Source of the DNA: Wigglesworthia glossinidia endosymbiont of Glossina morsitans morsitans (Yale colony)
Lineage (GTDB): Bacteria > Pseudomonadota > Gammaproteobacteria > Enterobacterales > Enterobacteriaceae
Assembly (NCBI RefSeq): GCF_000247565.1
Contig: NC_016893.1
Location: 330,001 to 362,000, forward strand
DNA: 32,000 nucleotides
Direction: 5' to 3'
Below the pieces are notes generated by a model, which had not been told where the DNA came from, did no database searches, and saw only the letters and a program-made list of their open reading frames with translations. This document shows, in pieces, positions 30,399 to 32,000 of this stretch. The position numbers and the translations under genes were made by a program. Position 1 is the stretch's first letter; each line of letters opens with the position of its first letter.

Positions 30399-30821
30399 AT
30401 GCGTAGAAAACTATACAAAAACGTTAAATTTGATATTAACATTATTCCATTAGTAGATGTTTTATTAGTGCTTATGTTAATCTTTATGATTTTTTCGCAA
30501 GATTTTTTGCAAAAAATTACAGTTAATTTACCGAAAGAAAATTTTTATGATACACAAAATGAACAAATTGAAATTATTATTGAAATTTTAAATAAAAAAA
30601 AATATAACTTATTAACACAAAAAAATAAAGAATATAATTTAAATTTGCAACAATTAAGTATCGCAATAAAAAATAAATTTTTAAATAACCCACGAATAAA
30701 AATTTTTATAGGCGGAGAAAAAAGTATTCCATACGAAGAAATTATAAAAATTATTAGTGTTTTAAATAAGATTGGAGTGCAATCTATTGGATTAATTGCT
30801 CAATCTGATTTAATTCATTAA
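30399..30821 (+). CDS. tolR: Tol-Pal system protein TolR (ExbD/TolR family).
   Basis: The ORF is 140 aa. It has INIIPLVDVLLVLMLIFM with the conserved transmembrane Asp, and a C-terminal IFIGGEKSIPYEEIIKIISVLNKIGVQSIGL. Confidence 0.88.
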   Translation: MRRKLYKNVKFDINIIPLVDVLLVLMLIFMIFSQDFLQKITVNLPKENFYDTQNEQIEIIIEILNKKKYNLLTQKNKEYNLNLQQLSIAIKNKFLNNPRIKIFIGGEKSIPYEEIIKIISVLNKIGVQSIGLIAQSDLIH

Positions 30822-30871
30822 TATTTTTTTAAAAATTAAACAAAAAAAGTAAATTTAAGGTTATAATTACT

Positions 30872-31624
30872 GTGAAAACATCTAATTATAGAAATAAAAA
30901 TGCTAAGCTAGCGATATATTTATCGATATTTTTACACGTAATATTTATTTTATGTTTATATTTAACAGTATCTTTTACAAAAAGAAATATTAAAAATTTT
31001 TACCAAATTAATACTTTACATAAAAAAATTATAGATTCAAAAGAAAAAAATTTTTTTCAAAAAAAAATTAAAATAAATAATCAAGAGCAACTTATAAAGT
31101 TTTATTATCAAACATTAAAATTACCTGAAAATAAAAAAAATATAATCGATAAAAATTTTTCAAATAAAATAGAAAATAAAAATCAAACACTAAAAGTACA
31201 TGATACACAAATTAATCAAAAAAAAAACATAAAAAATAAACTTAAAAATAATTTTCTGTCAAAAAAATCGACAAACATTATAGACAACACAATTGAAAAT
31301 TTAAACAATACAGTACATAATAATCATGTTATTTATAATCAAAATTATACATTATCTTCTGAAATAGAAACATATAAAGAAGCGATAAAACAATCTATTA
31401 AAAATAAACTATATGACTACAACACATTTATAGGAAAAGTATGCGAATTAAATTTAGAAATTTATTCAAGTGGATCAATTAAATCAATTCGTATGATTAG
31501 CGGAGATGAATCACTATGTTATGCTGCAATTACATCTGCAAAATTAGCACGAATTCCTCCGGCACCTAATTTAGAAATTTATAAAATAGCAAAAAAAATA
31601 ACTTTGCGATTTTCTCCTGAATAG
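30872..31624 (+). CDS. tolA: Tol-Pal system protein TolA, shortened form (GTG start).
   Basis: The ORF is 250 aa. The N-terminal anchor is AIYLSIFLHVIFIL, with the conserved LHV. The C-terminal domain III, YKEAIKQSIKNKLYDYNTFIGKVCELNLEI...GDESLCYAAITSAKLARIPPAP, parallels E. coli TolA. It lies between tolR and tolB. Confidence 0.8.
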   Translation: MKTSNYRNKNAKLAIYLSIFLHVIFILCLYLTVSFTKRNIKNFYQINTLHKKIIDSKEKNFFQKKIKINNQEQLIKFYYQTLKLPENKKNIIDKNFSNKIENKNQTLKVHDTQINQKKNIKNKLKNNFLSKKSTNIIDNTIENLNNTVHNNHVIYNQNYTLSSEIETYKEAIKQSIKNKLYDYNTFIGKVCELNLEIYSSGSIKSIRMISGDESLCYAAITSAKLARIPPAPNLEIYKIAKKITLRFSPE

Positions 31625-31733
31625 TAAAATATAAATTTTAAAAATTTCATTTTAAAAATATTAATACTAAAACTGTTATTTTAAAATAAATCAATGTACA
31701 ATAAATACCTAAAAGGATCTAAAATAAATATAA

Positions 31734-32000
31734 ATGAATAAATTGTTATTAATATTTTATAGTATTTTTTTTTGTAATTCTATATTATATGCAAATATTC
31801 ATATCGATATTAATCGAGGCATAGATGTATCAACGCCAATTGGAATTTCTTCTTTCAGATGGATAGATAATCGCTCAAATAATGAATTAGAAAATATCGC
31901 AAAAGTTATTGCATGTGATCTTCAAAATAGCGGAAAATTTTCATCAATAATAATACCGGAAAAAAATAAAGAATATTCCAAGTTATTTACTCAAAAAAAT
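31734..32000 (+). CDS. tolB: Tol-Pal system periplasmic protein TolB, 3'-partial. It runs off the window end and is absent from the ORF track for that reason.
   Basis: Hand translation from the ATG at 31734 gives MNKLLLIFYSIFFCNSILYANIHIDINRGIDVSTPIGISSFRWIDN...IAKVIACDLQNSGKFSSI. This is a signal peptide followed by the TolB N-terminal motifs, compared with E. coli VRIVIDSGVDSGRPIGVVPF...IVAADLRNSGKF. The frame is open for 89 codons to nt 32000. Confidence 0.85.
   Translation, partial: MNKLLLIFYSIFFCNSILYANIHIDINRGIDVSTPIGISSFRWIDNRSNNELENIAKVIACDLQNSGKFSSIIIPEKNKEYSKLFTQKN

Noticed and set aside
1-32000. An alternative genetic code (UGA read as Trp), as found in some extremely reduced AT-rich symbionts.
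   Set aside because: TGA terminates putA, pepP, sucB and sucD exactly where homologs end. Conserved Trp positions use TGG. The standard code 11 fits.
1-32000. Mobile elements, prophage, CRISPR arrays, defence islands, toxin-antitoxin pairs or a novel multi-gene system.
   Set aside because: Every ORF above about 100 codons has a clear housekeeping ortholog. The intergenic spacers are short or featureless A/T and carry no direct-repeat arrays, terminal inverted repeats, or integrase or transposase fragments.

Overview
The window is very AT-rich, uses the standard bacterial code (TGA is a stop at the ends of putA, pepP, sucB and sucD; Trp is TGG), and is densely packed with housekeeping genes. 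Every large ORF has a close Enterobacterales (E. coli-like) ortholog. Composition, short or overlapping gene junctions, featureless AT spacers and missing neighbour genes all fit a reduced-genome gammaproteobacterial insect endosymbiont of the Wigglesworthia/Blochmannia/Buchnera type. The exact taxon cannot be named without a database search.

Gene order is: ligA (5' partial), putA, zapA(-), pepP, ubiH, a DedA-family gene, orn(-), psd, mscM, epmA(-, frameshifted), fldA(-), pgm, ybgI, sdhCDAB, sucABCD, tolQRA and tolB (3' partial).

I see no rRNA or tRNA genes, CRISPR arrays, transposases, phage genes, or defence or toxin cassettes. I found no evidence of a novel multi-gene system here.

The most notable observations are:
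- A 1-nt frameshift in epmA lies exactly inside a T8/A9 homopolymer. It is either a pseudogene, a gene rescued by transcriptional slippage, or a homopolymer sequencing error.
- LigA ends before the BRCT domain.
- TolA is shortened and has an Asn/Lys-rich linker.
- A full-length trifunctional putA is retained next to an sdh-suc cluster from which gltA has been deleted.
- The E3-binding domain of SucB looks degenerate.
- The region is a mosaic of E. coli synteny blocks with clean internal gene losses.
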